NCBI GenBank assembly: GCA_031459915.1
Contig: JAVKHO010000008.1
Location: forward strand, 1 to 64,000
Source: Candidatus Tepidifontimicrobium thermophilum
GTDB lineage: Bacteria; Sysuimicrobiota; Sysuimicrobiia; Sysuimicrobiales; Sysuimicrobiaceae
Direction of reading: 5' to 3'
DNA length: 64,000 bases
The translations under genes were made by a program, and so were the position numbers. This document shows positions 18,501 through 28,106 of the stretch, piece after piece (position 1 is the stretch's first letter; each line of letters starts with the position of its first letter). The notes beneath the pieces are model-generated. The model searched no databases, was not told where the DNA came from, and saw only the letters and a program-made list of their open reading frames with translations.

Positions 18501-19475
18501 TCAGGCGAGCGCCAGCAGGTCCCGGGCGTTCCGCCACAGGACCGCCTCCAGCCCCTCCGGATTCAGACCGGCCTCCTGCAAAGCCCGCACGCCGTCCTCG
18601 AGGTGGCCGATCACGTGCGGGAAGTCGGAGCCAAAGACCACCTTCTCAGGGCCCACGGTGTCCAGGAGGCACCGCAGAGCAGGCGGGTAGGTGTTCACGG
18701 TGTCGTAGTACACGCGCCGCAGAACCTCGCTGGGCGGGCGGGCGGCAGCGCACTCCGCGTACGCCCGGTAGCCGGTGTCCAAACGACCCAGCAGGTAGGG
18801 CACGGCGCCGCCCGCGTGGGGCGCCACCAGCTTCACGCGCGGGTATCGGTCGAAGAAGCCCGAGTACGCCATCCGCGCCAGCGCCACGGTGGTCTCCGCG
18901 GGGAAGCCGACCAGGGGAACGAGGCTGAAGTCCTGCAGGTGGGGCGAAGTGAGGCCCCCCATGGGGTGGAGGAGGACCACCAGGCCCAGCTCGTCCGCCC
19001 GCCTCCAGAAGGGCTGGAAGGCGGGGTCGTCCAGCGGCTTTTCGCCCACCGTGGTCCCCACCACCACGCCGTCCAGGCCCAGGAAGCGGACGGCGTAGTC
19101 CAGTTCCTCCACCTCCGCCCCCGTCCCCAGGGGTACGCTGGCCAAGCACCGGAACCGGTCCGGGTGGCGCCCCTTGACTTCGGCGTACACCCGGTTGACC
19201 AGACGCGCAGCCTGCACCGCCACGGGTTCAGGGAACGCGTACACGTTGGGGCTCGTGAGCGACAGCACCTGGACGGAGGCGCCCAGGTGGTCCATGATCC
19301 GCAAGCGCTCTTCGAGATCCACCATGGGCCGCGTGAGGGTGGCTAGACGGGCGCCGTGCTGCTCCAGGTAGCGACGGCCCTGGGCGTCCGTCCGGATCCG
19401 CACGCCGTGCGCTTGGTGCTCCAGGAGGGCCAGGTACGCCTCGGGGTAGAAGTGGGTGTGGAGGTCTACGAGCAT
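18501..19475 (-). CDS. Amidohydrolase-2 family protein (ACMSD/aromatic acid decarboxylase-like)
   Basis: DLHTH, LLHP, PHAGGAVPY, YYDT, FGSDFPH. Confidence 0.85.
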   Translation of the reverse strand: MLVDLHTHFYPEAYLALLEHQAHGVRIRTDAQGRRYLEQHGARLATLTRPMVDLEERLRIMDHLGASVQVLSLTSPNVYAFPEPVAVQAARLVNRVYAEVKGRHPDRFRCLASVPLGTGAEVEELDYAVRFLGLDGVVVGTTVGEKPLDDPAFQPFWRRADELGLVVLLHPMGGLTSPHLQDFSLVPLVGFPAETTVALARMAYSGFFDRYPRVKLVAPHAGGAVPYLLGRLDTGYRAYAECAAARPPSEVLRRVYYDTVNTYPPALRCLLDTVGPEKVVFGSDFPHVIGHLEDGVRALQEAGLNPEGLEAVLWRNARDLLALA

Positions 19476-19476
19476 C

Positions 19477-19890
19477 CTAGACGTCCAGGTACACCACCGC
19501 GGTCCAGCCGCCTGCGGAGGGTTCGACCCGGGCCTGGTGGTAGGTGGCGGACTTCACCTCGATCCCCCGGGGGTGACGGCCCGGGTCGAACCGTTCTCCC
19601 CACACCGTGGCGCGCAGCCGCCCTCCACCGACCTCGTGCACCGTGCAGCGTCGGGCCAACATCCCGTCCCGGGCGTGCAGGAACAGCAGCTCGTTCAGCC
19701 ACTCCACCGCCAGGGCGGTGAGGTCGTCGGCCTGCACCTCCACCTGCCAGGCTTCGCGCTCCTGTACCGTCTGAGGGTCCGTGATCAGGCTGAACAGGCC
19801 CGCAGCCAGGTCCTCCAACAGACTCTCCAGAGCGCCCGCGCGGGCCCGCAGGCCGACCTCCGCGGTGTGCTCCAGGACCTCTACCGGCAC
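19477..19890 (-). CDS. Archease
   Basis: EHTAEVG, WLNELLF, EVKSATYH, C-terminal VYLDV. Confidence 0.9.
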   Translation of the reverse strand: MPVEVLEHTAEVGLRARAGALESLLEDLAAGLFSLITDPQTVQEREAWQVEVQADDLTALAVEWLNELLFLHARDGMLARRCTVHEVGGGRLRATVWGERFDPGRHPRGIEVKSATYHQARVEPSAGGWTAVVYLDV

Positions 19891-19926
19891 GGCTCTGTCC
19901 CGGTGGCGTGCTCCGCAGACCCGGTC

Positions 19927-20847
19927 CTAACCGGCACCCACGTCCTCCGCGGCGACCCGGGCGAACTGCGGGTCACCCATCAGCTCCAGCAGCGCCCGCA
20001 TGACGATGCTGACCCGCTTCTCCCGGTGGCGGACGCCCCACAGGGTCCGGGTGGGCCGGAAGTCCACGGCGTCCACCACCACCAGGTGCCCCTGCCGCAA
20101 GGCATCCTCCGCGGCCAGCCGGGAAATCACCCCTACGCCGAGCCCTGCGGCTACTGCCCGTACCACCGCCTCGTTCCCCTGCAGCTCCATCGCGGGGGTG
20201 GGTACGAGCCCGAGGCTGCGGAACGCCCGCTCCGCCGCCTCCCGGGTCCCGCTCCCCCGCTCCCGCATCACGAGCCGCTGCCGAACCAGCTCCGCCGCGG
20301 TCACGTCCCTGCGCTGCGCCAGGGGGTGGTCTGGGGACGCGATGACCACCAACTGGTCGGTGTAGTAGGGGAAGTGGACGATGGACTCGTGCCGCATGCC
20401 GTCCCCCACCACCCCCACGTCCAGCTCGTTGCGCAGCAGCTTCTCGTAAACCCGCCGGGTGGGCAGGATCTCCAGGGTGATCTCCGCCTCGGGCGCCTGC
20501 TCCCGCACCCGCGCCAGCAGGGGCGGGAGGAGGTACGTGCCCGCCGTGTTGTTGGCTCCCACGCGGAGGGAGCCGGCCGCCGCCCCCCGAAGGTCCCGGA
20601 CGGCCTGCTCCGCCTCTTCCAGCAGGGAGAGGATCCGCACCGCGTACCCGTCCAGCACGCGCCCAGCTTCGGTGAGGAAGATGCGCTTGCCGATCTGCTC
20701 GAACAGCTCCACGCCGAGGGCCCGCTCCAGCTCCCGCACCTGGATGCTCACCGAGGGCTGGGTGATGCGCAGCTCCTCCGCGGCGCGAGAGAACGAACCT
20801 GCCCGCACCACGGTCCGGAAGATCTTGAGCTGGTGGACGTTCAGCAT
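19927..20847 (-). CDS. LysR family transcriptional regulator
   Basis: FSRAAEELRITQPSVSIQVRELERALGVELF, RERGSGTR; TATAGT -10 at 20872-20867. Confidence 0.92.
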   Translation of the reverse strand: MLNVHQLKIFRTVVRAGSFSRAAEELRITQPSVSIQVRELERALGVELFEQIGKRIFLTEAGRVLDGYAVRILSLLEEAEQAVRDLRGAAAGSLRVGANNTAGTYLLPPLLARVREQAPEAEITLEILPTRRVYEKLLRNELDVGVVGDGMRHESIVHFPYYTDQLVVIASPDHPLAQRRDVTAAELVRQRLVMRERGSGTREAAERAFRSLGLVPTPAMELQGNEAVVRAVAAGLGVGVISRLAAEDALRQGHLVVVDAVDFRPTRTLWGVRHREKRVSIVMRALLELMGDPQFARVAAEDVGAG

Positions 20848-20959
20848 CCCTTCACTTCCCATTTCCACTATACCTCCCCGCCGGCCGGCGGCCCACGGGT
20901 GGCGTGTGAGTCCCAGCCCCTAGACAGGCCGGCACGCTGGTCCTATCGTTTGTAAACGA

Positions 20960-21180
20960 GACCGGCGAGGACGGAGGCAGCACCCCGTCTGCACCCTCAG
21001 CGAGCCGGCGGGCCGGTGGGAGCCGGCGGGCGGACGCGGTGGGCTCCACCTCCGGAGCCGCGGCGACAACGCCGCCGGGGAGCCCGATAGAGCCGGAGAG
21101 GTGCCGGCCCCTGAGGCCGGAATCAGAGTGGCACCGCGGGAAGCGGAAACCTCCCGTCTCTGAGACGCGGAGGTTTTTTG
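20960..21180 (+). ncRNA. T-box riboswitch, Ser (UCC) specifier, with terminator
   Basis: Stem I CAGCGAG...GGTGGGA...TCC (21045-21047); T-box AATCAGAGTGGCACCGCG (21121-21138); terminator AAACCTCCCGTCTC/GAGACGCGGAGGTTT plus U tract; serA and serS downstream. Confidence 0.88.
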
Positions 21181-21194
21181 TTGGAGGTGTGAGG

Positions 21195-22352
21195 ATGGAC
21201 GAGCTGCTGCTGATCCCGGGACCGACCCCGGTCCCCTTGCCCGTGCGGGAGGCCGGGAGCCGGCCCATGACCAACCACCGCAGCGAGGCGTTCGCGCGGG
21301 TCCTGCGGACTGTGCTGGACGGGGTGCGGGAGCTGTACCGCACGCGCCAGCCAGTGATCCCGTACGCCAGCTCCGGGACCGGGGTGCTGGAGGCCGCGGT
21401 GGTGAACACCCTCTCGCCGGGAGACCGGGTGCTGGCGCTGTCGTGCGGCGCCTTTGGGAACCGGTTCAGCCGCATCGCTCGAGCTTACGGAGCGGAGGTC
21501 ACCCACGTGGAGGTGGAGTGGGGCACGGGGGTCCCACCCGAGCTGTTGGAGGAACACCTGAAGAAGGCGGACTACCGCGCGGTGCTGGTCACCCACAACG
21601 AGACCTCCACGGGCGTGCAGAATGACTTGAGCGCCCTGGCCGGTGCGCGGGGAGACCGCCCGGCGCTGCTGTTGGTAGACGCGGTGAGCTCCCTGGGGGC
21701 CGTCCCCCTGGACATGGACGGGTGGGGGCTGGACGTGGTGGTCACCGCGTCCCAGAAGGCGCTGGGCTGCCCGCCCGGGGTGAGCTTCCTGGCCGCCAGC
21801 CAGCGCGCGTGGGAGGCGCACCGCGCGGCTCGGATGCCCCGCTACTACTGGGACATGGGCATGGTTCAAGACGCCCTGCGGCAGCCCCTGACGCAGACGC
21901 CCTTCACCCCGGCGGTTTCGGTGTTCTACAGCCTGGAGGTCTCCCTGGAGCTAATCCGGCAGGAGGGCTACGAGGCCGTATGCCAACGGCACCGGCTCCT
22001 CAGTGAGGCCGTCCGGGCAGGCGTCCGGGCCCTGGGCCTGCGACCCGTGGCGGACGAGCGTTGGGCTTCCTGGACGGTGACGGCGGTGTGGCTGCCGGAG
22101 GGCTTGTCCGCGGAGGCCCTGGTGGGCCGCGTGCGGGAGCGGTACGGGGTGATCCTGGCAGGGGGTCAGGGCAAGCTGGAAGGCAGGGTGTTCCGGATCG
22201 GTCACCTGGGCTACGTGTGGCCCCAGGACGTCCTGCGGTGCATGGAAGCGTTGGGGGCGGTGCTGCGGGAGCTGGGCGTGGCGGTGGACCCACAGGCGGG
22301 GGTGGAGGCGGCCCGGCGCGTGTTCGAGGGCCGGGCTGCACAGGCGGTGTAG
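21195..22352 (+). CDS. Class V PLP aminotransferase (serine-pyruvate/alanine-glyoxylate type; probable phosphoserine aminotransferase role)
   Basis: LLIPGPTP, THNETSTG, VDAVSS, TASQKALGCPPG, FRIGHLG. Confidence 0.88.
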   Translation: MDELLLIPGPTPVPLPVREAGSRPMTNHRSEAFARVLRTVLDGVRELYRTRQPVIPYASSGTGVLEAAVVNTLSPGDRVLALSCGAFGNRFSRIARAYGAEVTHVEVEWGTGVPPELLEEHLKKADYRAVLVTHNETSTGVQNDLSALAGARGDRPALLLVDAVSSLGAVPLDMDGWGLDVVVTASQKALGCPPGVSFLAASQRAWEAHRAARMPRYYWDMGMVQDALRQPLTQTPFTPAVSVFYSLEVSLELIRQEGYEAVCQRHRLLSEAVRAGVRALGLRPVADERWASWTVTAVWLPEGLSAEALVGRVRERYGVILAGGQGKLEGRVFRIGHLGYVWPQDVLRCMEALGAVLRELGVAVDPQAGVEAARRVFEGRAAQAV

Positions 22353-22357
22353 GCGGC

Positions 22358-23980
22358 ATGGCACTGGCCACGGACCGGCAGAAGGTTGAGGAGGTGGGCG
22401 TCCGGTACCGGGTGCTGGTGGCGGACGGCTTGGGCGAAGCGGGCCTGCGCCGGCTTCGGGAGTCCTGTGAGGTGCAGGTGTTTCGCGGGCTCTCCGAGGA
22501 GGAGCTGTGCGCCCGGCTGGAGGGCGTGCACGCCCTGATCGTGCGGAGCCGTACCAGGGTCACCCGGCGCGCCTTGGAAGCGGGCCGGGACCTGCGGGTG
22601 GTGGCGCGGGCGGGCGTCGGGGTCGACAACATCGACCTGGAGGCCGCCACCCGGGCAGGGGTGCTGGTGATCAACACGCCGGACAGCAGCGTCCGGGCCA
22701 CCGCGGAACACACCCTAGCGATGCTGTTGGCCTGCTGCCGGAACCTGCCACAGGCCTACCAGTCCCTGCAGCGCGGGGAGTGGAACCGAGAGGCTTTCGT
22801 GGGCACCGAGGTGTACGGGAAGACCCTGGGGGTGGTGGGGCTGGGTCGCATCGGCAGCGAGGTAGCGCGTCTGGCCCGGGGTGTGGGGATGCGGGTGGTG
22901 GCCTACGACCCCTACGTGAGCGGGGAGCGCGCCGCGCACCTGGGCGCCGAGTTGGTGCCGTTCGAACGCCTGCTGGAGGAGGCAGACTTCATCACCCTCC
23001 ACGTGCCCCTGTCGCCCCAGACCAGGGGCATGATCGGCCGGGCGGAGTTGCGTCGGATGAAGCGGGGGGTGCGGCTGGTCAACTGCGCCCGCGGGGGGCT
23101 GGTGGACGAGGAGGCGCTGCTGGAGTCCCTGGAAGAGGGGCACGTGGCGGCAGCGGCGCTGGACGTGTTCGCGGAGGAGCCCCCCCGGGACCTCCGGCTC
23201 GTCCGGCATCCCCGGGTGGTGGCGACCCCGCACCTGGGAGCGTCCACCCGGGAGGCGCAGGAGGCTATCGGCGTGGACGTGGCGGAGCAGGTGCTGCAGG
23301 CGCTGGCAGGCCGCCTGCCCCGCGGCGCGGTGAACGTGGCGGCCTTCCGCGGCGACGCCTGGGAGCGGCTCAGCCCCCACCTGGAACTGGGCCGCGTCCT
23401 GGGAGCCCTGCTGCGGCAGCTGAGCCCGGGCCCCATCCACGCGGTGGAGGTGCGGCTGGAAGGCGAGCTGAGCCACGTGGAGGCCTCGCCCCTGGTGGCC
23501 TCCGTGCTGGTGGGCGTGCTGAGCGGGGTGACCGACCAGGTGGTGAACGTGGTGAACGCCCACCTGCTGGCTGTCGAGCGGGGCATCCGGGTGGTGGAGT
23601 CCCGGCAGGAGACCAGCGAGGACTTTGCGAGCCTGATGGTGGTGACCGCGCGCACGCCCGGCGGCGACTTTCAGCTGGGCGGGACGCTGTTTGGCCGCAG
23701 CGAGCCGCGGATCGTGCGCATCGGACAGTACCGGATCGACCTGGACCCGGCTCCCTACATGCTGTTCGCGTGGAACACCGACCGGCCCGGGATGATCGGG
23801 CGAGTGGGGACCATCCTGGGCCGCCACAGCGTCAACATCGCGGGCATGCACCTGGGCCGCGAGAGCCCAGGAGGGGTGGCGGTGATGGTGTTGACCCTCG
23901 ACGACCCGGTTCCTCCGGAGGCGGTGGCGGAGATCCGGTCCCTGGACGGGATCTACGACGTGAAGGTCGCGCAGTTGTGA
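22358..23980 (+). CDS. serA: D-3-phosphoglycerate dehydrogenase (ASB and ACT domains)
   Basis: RAGVGVDNID, GLGRIG, NCARGG, TPHLGAST, C-terminal DRPGMIGRVG ACT domain. Confidence 0.93.
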   Translation: MALATDRQKVEEVGVRYRVLVADGLGEAGLRRLRESCEVQVFRGLSEEELCARLEGVHALIVRSRTRVTRRALEAGRDLRVVARAGVGVDNIDLEAATRAGVLVINTPDSSVRATAEHTLAMLLACCRNLPQAYQSLQRGEWNREAFVGTEVYGKTLGVVGLGRIGSEVARLARGVGMRVVAYDPYVSGERAAHLGAELVPFERLLEEADFITLHVPLSPQTRGMIGRAELRRMKRGVRLVNCARGGLVDEEALLESLEEGHVAAAALDVFAEEPPRDLRLVRHPRVVATPHLGASTREAQEAIGVDVAEQVLQALAGRLPRGAVNVAAFRGDAWERLSPHLELGRVLGALLRQLSPGPIHAVEVRLEGELSHVEASPLVASVLVGVLSGVTDQVVNVVNAHLLAVERGIRVVESRQETSEDFASLMVVTARTPGGDFQLGGTLFGRSEPRIVRIGQYRIDLDPAPYMLFAWNTDRPGMIGRVGTILGRHSVNIAGMHLGRESPGGVAVMVLTLDDPVPPEAVAEIRSLDGIYDVKVAQL

Positions 23981-24043
23981 CGCGGGCTCCGATCCGCGCC
24001 TGGGGAGCAGGGAGGTAAACACGCCGGCCTTTGGGGGACAGCG

Positions 24044-25312
24044 GTGGTGGACCTGAGATCCCTCCGCGAGGACCCGCAGACGTTCCGGCAGGCGTTGCGG
24101 CGTCGGGGCCGGGATCCGTCCCTGGTGGACCAGGCCCTGGAGCTGGACCGCTCGTGGCGGGAGGCGCTGCAGGAGGTGGAGCGACTGCGGGCGCAGCAGA
24201 ACCGCGCCAGCGAAGAGGTGGCGCGGCTGGCGCCGGAGGCGCGGGGGCAGAAGATCGCGGAGGTCCGGGAGCTGGCGGCGCGCCTGAGGGAACTGGAGCC
24301 CGAGGTGCGCCGCCGGCGGGAGGAGCTCGAGCGGGTCCTGCTCCTGTTCCCCAACACCCCGCACCCCACGGTCCCGGACGGCGTGGGGGAGCAGGACAAC
24401 GTGGTGGTCCGGACATGGGGGACGCCGCCCCGGTTCGACTTCGAACCCAAGGACCACGTGGAGCTCGGCCTGCGACTGGGCATCCTGGACTTCGAACGGG
24501 CTGCCAAGGTCTCCGGCTCCCGTTTCTACTACCTCCTGGGCAAGGGCGCCCTGCTGGAGATGGCCCTCGTCCGGTACGCCCTGGACCGTCTGCTGGCCCA
24601 CGGATTCGTGCCGGTGATCCCGCCGGTGCTGGTGCGGCCGGAGATCATCACGGGCGCGTGGGGCGGGGCCACCTTCGACCCGCAGCAGACGTACCGCGTG
24701 GCGGAGGACGACCTGGCCCTGATCGGGACATCGGAGCAGAGCCTGGCCGGTTTCTACCGAGACGAGGTCCTGGACGCGCAGCGTCTGCCGGTGCGGTTCG
24801 CGGGGATCTCCTGGTGCTTCCGCCGGGAGGCTGGCGCCCACGGCCGCGAGACCCGAGGCCTGTACCGGGTGCACCAGTTCGACAAGGTGGAGATGTTCTC
24901 GTTCGCGCACCCCGAGCGGTCGTGGGAGGAGCACGAGTTCCTGGTGAGCGTGGAGGAGGAGATCCTGCAGGGGCTCGGGATCCCGTACCGGGTGGTGCTT
25001 CTGTGCGCGGGGGACCTGGGCACCGCGTCCGCCAAGACCTACGACCTGGAGGCTTGGATGCCGGGCCGGGGGGCCTACGGGGAGGTGACCTCCTGCAGCA
25101 ACACCACGGACTTCCAGGCGCGGCGGCTCAACGTGCGCTTCCGGGAGCGGGGCAGGACGGAGTTCGTCCACACCCTGAACGGGACCGCCCTGGCCACGTC
25201 GCGCGTGCTCATCGCCCTGCTGGAGAACTACCAGCAGCCGGACGGCAGCGTCCGAATCCCTGAAGCCCTCGTGCCCTACACGGGCTTCGACCGGGTGGAG
25301 CCTGCGGCGTGA
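24044..25312 (+). CDS. serS: Serine--tRNA ligase
   Basis: GTSEQ, FRREAG, RGLYRVHQFDKVE, EVTSCSNTTDFQARR, HTLNGT. Confidence 0.96.
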   Translation: MVDLRSLREDPQTFRQALRRRGRDPSLVDQALELDRSWREALQEVERLRAQQNRASEEVARLAPEARGQKIAEVRELAARLRELEPEVRRRREELERVLLLFPNTPHPTVPDGVGEQDNVVVRTWGTPPRFDFEPKDHVELGLRLGILDFERAAKVSGSRFYYLLGKGALLEMALVRYALDRLLAHGFVPVIPPVLVRPEIITGAWGGATFDPQQTYRVAEDDLALIGTSEQSLAGFYRDEVLDAQRLPVRFAGISWCFRREAGAHGRETRGLYRVHQFDKVEMFSFAHPERSWEEHEFLVSVEEEILQGLGIPYRVVLLCAGDLGTASAKTYDLEAWMPGRGAYGEVTSCSNTTDFQARRLNVRFRERGRTEFVHTLNGTALATSRVLIALLENYQQPDGSVRIPEALVPYTGFDRVEPAA

Positions 25313-25322
25313 CGGGGCCGCC

Positions 25323-25814
25323 GTGGAGTCCTTCGAGGAACTCGTGAGGCGAGGCGAGGAGGCCCTCGCGCAGGGCGCGTGGCACCGCGCGGAGGAGTGC
25401 TTCCGGGAAGCCGTGGCGCTGCGCCCGACGTCCGCCCACGCCCACAGCAGGCTCGGGGTGGCCCTAGCCCGCCAGGGGCGGTACGAGGAGGCGCTGGCCA
25501 GCTTCCGGGAGGCCCTGCAGTTAGACCCCCTTTACGCACCCGCCTACTGCAACATCGGCACCGTCCACGGCGAGCGGGGCGACCTGGAGGAAGCGGTCCG
25601 GGCGTACCGGAAGGCCCTGGAGCTGGATCCCGACTACGCGGTGGCGCACCAGAACCTGGCCGCGGTGTACAAGCGGCTGGGCCGGTACGAGGAGTTCGTA
25701 CGCCACATGAAGCGGGCCACGCGGCTGGCCGCACGGGGGCCCAGGGTCGCGGGCCGGCCGGGATGCCTGGTCACCCTCCTGGCAGTGGGAGCGGTCCTGT
25801 GGTGGGGTCGGTGA
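25323..25814 (+). CDS. TPR repeat protein with C-terminal membrane anchor
   Basis: Repeated A..LG...G.YEEA...F..AL.LDP units; hydrophobic C-terminus. Confidence 0.82.
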   Translation: MESFEELVRRGEEALAQGAWHRAEECFREAVALRPTSAHAHSRLGVALARQGRYEEALASFREALQLDPLYAPAYCNIGTVHGERGDLEEAVRAYRKALELDPDYAVAHQNLAAVYKRLGRYEEFVRHMKRATRLAARGPRVAGRPGCLVTLLAVGAVLWWGR

Positions 25815-26496
25815 ACGCCCCGGGAGGCCTACGCCCGCCAGTCACGGCCTGGGGGGCGGCAGCCTGCGTCGCGAAGGAGGGGTAGGGGAACGCGACTCCG
25901 CAGCGGCGCTGCAGTCGAAGGCGGACTGTGGGCCACTCGCTGTGCAGGAGGCGGTAGACGAGGGTGTCGTGCACGCGGCCGTCCCGCGCCACGTCCGCGG
26001 CGGCCTGGAACGCCTCCACAGAAGCCCCCAGCTTGTGGAGGGCGGCCCGAGCGGCCAGGTTGGCCACAGACGTCCTCCACCGTACGCGGGGCAGGCGGAG
26101 GTCGTCAAAGGCCAGACCCAGCAGCAGCAGCATCGTCTCGGGAAATACAACCCCTCCGCGGTAGGGGGGCAGCAGCAGGGTGCAGCACACCTCCCCGCAC
26201 CGTTGCACGGGCCTCAGGTCCACGAGGCCCGTAATGCCGGCCGGTGCGAGGTTGCTCCTGAGCCGGATCACGTACGCCCGGATGCCCGGTCGGCGCAGCA
26301 ACCGCCGTAGATACGCACGGGTCCCCTCCACCGTGCGGTCGTCCGGCCAGTCCAGCATGTTGCGGAACAGGGCAGGGCTCCACACGGAGGCGAGCTCCGC
26401 GGCGTCCGCGCTGGACAGGTTCTGCAACACCACCCACCGCCCCACCAACGGGAAAAGCAGGTCAGCCGGCAGGCGGCGGGCGGCGTGGGGTCCCAC
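25771..26496 (-). CDS. GNAT (RimJ/RimL-like) N-acetyltransferase
   Basis: LGLAFDDLRLPRV, NLAARAALHKLG, DTLVYRLLHSEW; start uncertain. Confidence 0.7.
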   Translation of the reverse strand: MGPHAARRLPADLLFPLVGRWVVLQNLSSADAAELASVWSPALFRNMLDWPDDRTVEGTRAYLRRLLRRPGIRAYVIRLRSNLAPAGITGLVDLRPVQRCGEVCCTLLLPPYRGGVVFPETMLLLLGLAFDDLRLPRVRWRTSVANLAARAALHKLGASVEAFQAAADVARDGRVHDTLVYRLLHSEWPTVRLRLQRRCGVAFPYPSFATQAAAPQAVTGGRRPPGAFTDPTTGPLPLPGG

Positions 26497-26501
26497 GGCC
26501 C

Positions 26502-27614
26502 TCAGTCGCGCAGCTCGGACCGCAGCCGGATCAGGTGCAACAGGTCGCTACGGGTGAGGATCCCCACCAGCTCGCCGCCTGCGTCCAGCACCAGGAGGCG
26601 GCCCACCCCCGCCTGCACCATCCGGGCGAGGGCGTCGTACGCGGGCGCCTCCGGCCGCACCGTTTGGGCCCGGTCGATGGGGGTCATGGCCTCGCGCACG
26701 CGGGTGGTGGACCACCTCTCCCGGGGCACCTGCTTCAGGTCGTGCAGGGTGAGGATGCCCAGCAGCCGATCCCCGTAGACGACCGGGTAGCCGCCGTGCT
26801 TGCGGGGCAGGAAGTAGCCGGCCACCGCTTCCTCCAGGGTAAGGTCGGCTTCCAGGGTGACGGGGTCAGGAGTCATGATGTCCCGTACCCGCACGCCCCG
26901 CAGGGCGTGTTGCAGGAGCATCTGCTGGTAAGAGGTCCCCGCGCCCTGGTCCAGGAACCAACCGATGAGGACGAGCCACAGGCCGTCGATGGGGCGGCCG
27001 GTGAAGATGGCCAGCACCCCCAGGGCGATGAAGGCCGCTGCGGTGGCGTGGCCGAGGGAGGTGCTGACGCGGGTGGCGCGCTCGAGGCCGAGGAAGGACC
27101 ACAGGATCGCCCGCAGCACCCGCCCGCCGTCCAGGGGAAAGGCGGGCAGGAGGTTGAAGGCGGCCAGCAGGAGGTTCACGGAGGACAGGTACCCCATCAG
27201 GGCCGTGGCGGGCACCGGGTCTCCAGAAGGGGTGAGGAGCCGGAAGAGGCCGGCCAGCAACAGCGACGTGGCCGGACCTGCCAGAGCCACCCACAGCTCG
27301 TGCGCGGGCCGCTCGGGCTCCCGCGCGATCTGCGCCACCCCGCCGAAAAGGAACAAAGTAATGCTGCGGGTGGGGATGCGGAAGTGCCTGGCCACCAGGG
27401 CGTGGCCCAGCTCGTGGACCAGCACGGACGCGAAGAGCAGCAGCGCGCCAGCAAACCCCATGGTCCAGTAGGTCTCCACGGGCAGGCCGGGGATACGCTG
27501 CGGGAAAATCCCCCGGGCCAGGGACCAAGCGATGGCCCACACCGCCAGGAACCACGTGGCGTGCACCTGCACGGTGATCCCCAGTAGGCGGCCGACGCGA
27601 ATCGAACCCGTCAT
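26502..27614 (-). CDS. Site-2 (M50) zinc metalloprotease with CBS pair
   Basis: HELGH, FNLLPAFPLDGGR, two CBS domains. Confidence 0.92.
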   Translation of the reverse strand: MTGSIRVGRLLGITVQVHATWFLAVWAIAWSLARGIFPQRIPGLPVETYWTMGFAGALLLFASVLVHELGHALVARHFRIPTRSITLFLFGGVAQIAREPERPAHELWVALAGPATSLLLAGLFRLLTPSGDPVPATALMGYLSSVNLLLAAFNLLPAFPLDGGRVLRAILWSFLGLERATRVSTSLGHATAAAFIALGVLAIFTGRPIDGLWLVLIGWFLDQGAGTSYQQMLLQHALRGVRVRDIMTPDPVTLEADLTLEEAVAGYFLPRKHGGYPVVYGDRLLGILTLHDLKQVPRERWSTTRVREAMTPIDRAQTVRPEAPAYDALARMVQAGVGRLLVLDAGGELVGILTRSDLLHLIRLRSELRD

Positions 27615-27770
27615 CCCACGACCTCCGGAGCCGGGTGTTCAGCGGGGATTTCACCACGGGGGCCGGCGCTCCCTGCGGTTGTGCTAGCATCCTGGCGGGA
27701 ATAGCGGGCCAGACGACACCGTTCCCATGACGCGAGGCCCGAAACCTGAAGCGGAGGAGGTTCAGCGACG

Positions 27771-28106
27771 ATGGGCAAGCCCGTAGAGGTCACCGACGAG
27801 AGCTTCGAGCGCGAGGTGCTGGAGGCGCAGCTGCCCACGGTGGTGGACTTCTGGGCGGCGTGGTGCGGCCCCTGTCGCATGATCGCTCCCATCGTGGAGG
27901 AGCTAGCGCGGGAGTACGAGGGCCGGGTGAAGTTTGCCAAGCTGGACGTGGACCGCAACCCGTCCACCGCGGTGCGCTACAACATCCTGTCCATCCCCAC
28001 CCTGGGCGTGTTCAAGGGCGGACAGCTGGTCGAGCGCATCATCGGGTACATGCCCAAGGCCGAGCTCAAGCGCCGGATCGAGGCCGCGGTGGGCGCTACC
28101 GTGTAG
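27771..28106 (+). CDS. trxA: Thioredoxin
   Basis: WCGPC active site; GGAGGAGG RBS. Confidence 0.96.
   Translation: MGKPVEVTDESFEREVLEAQLPTVVDFWAAWCGPCRMIAPIVEELAREYEGRVKFAKLDVDRNPSTAVRYNILSIPTLGVFKGGQLVERIIGYMPKAELKRRIEAAVGATV

Noticed and set aside
27690..27770. Structured RNA upstream of trxA (CGGGCC...GGCCCG)
   Set aside because: Only a short stem in GC-rich DNA with no family motif
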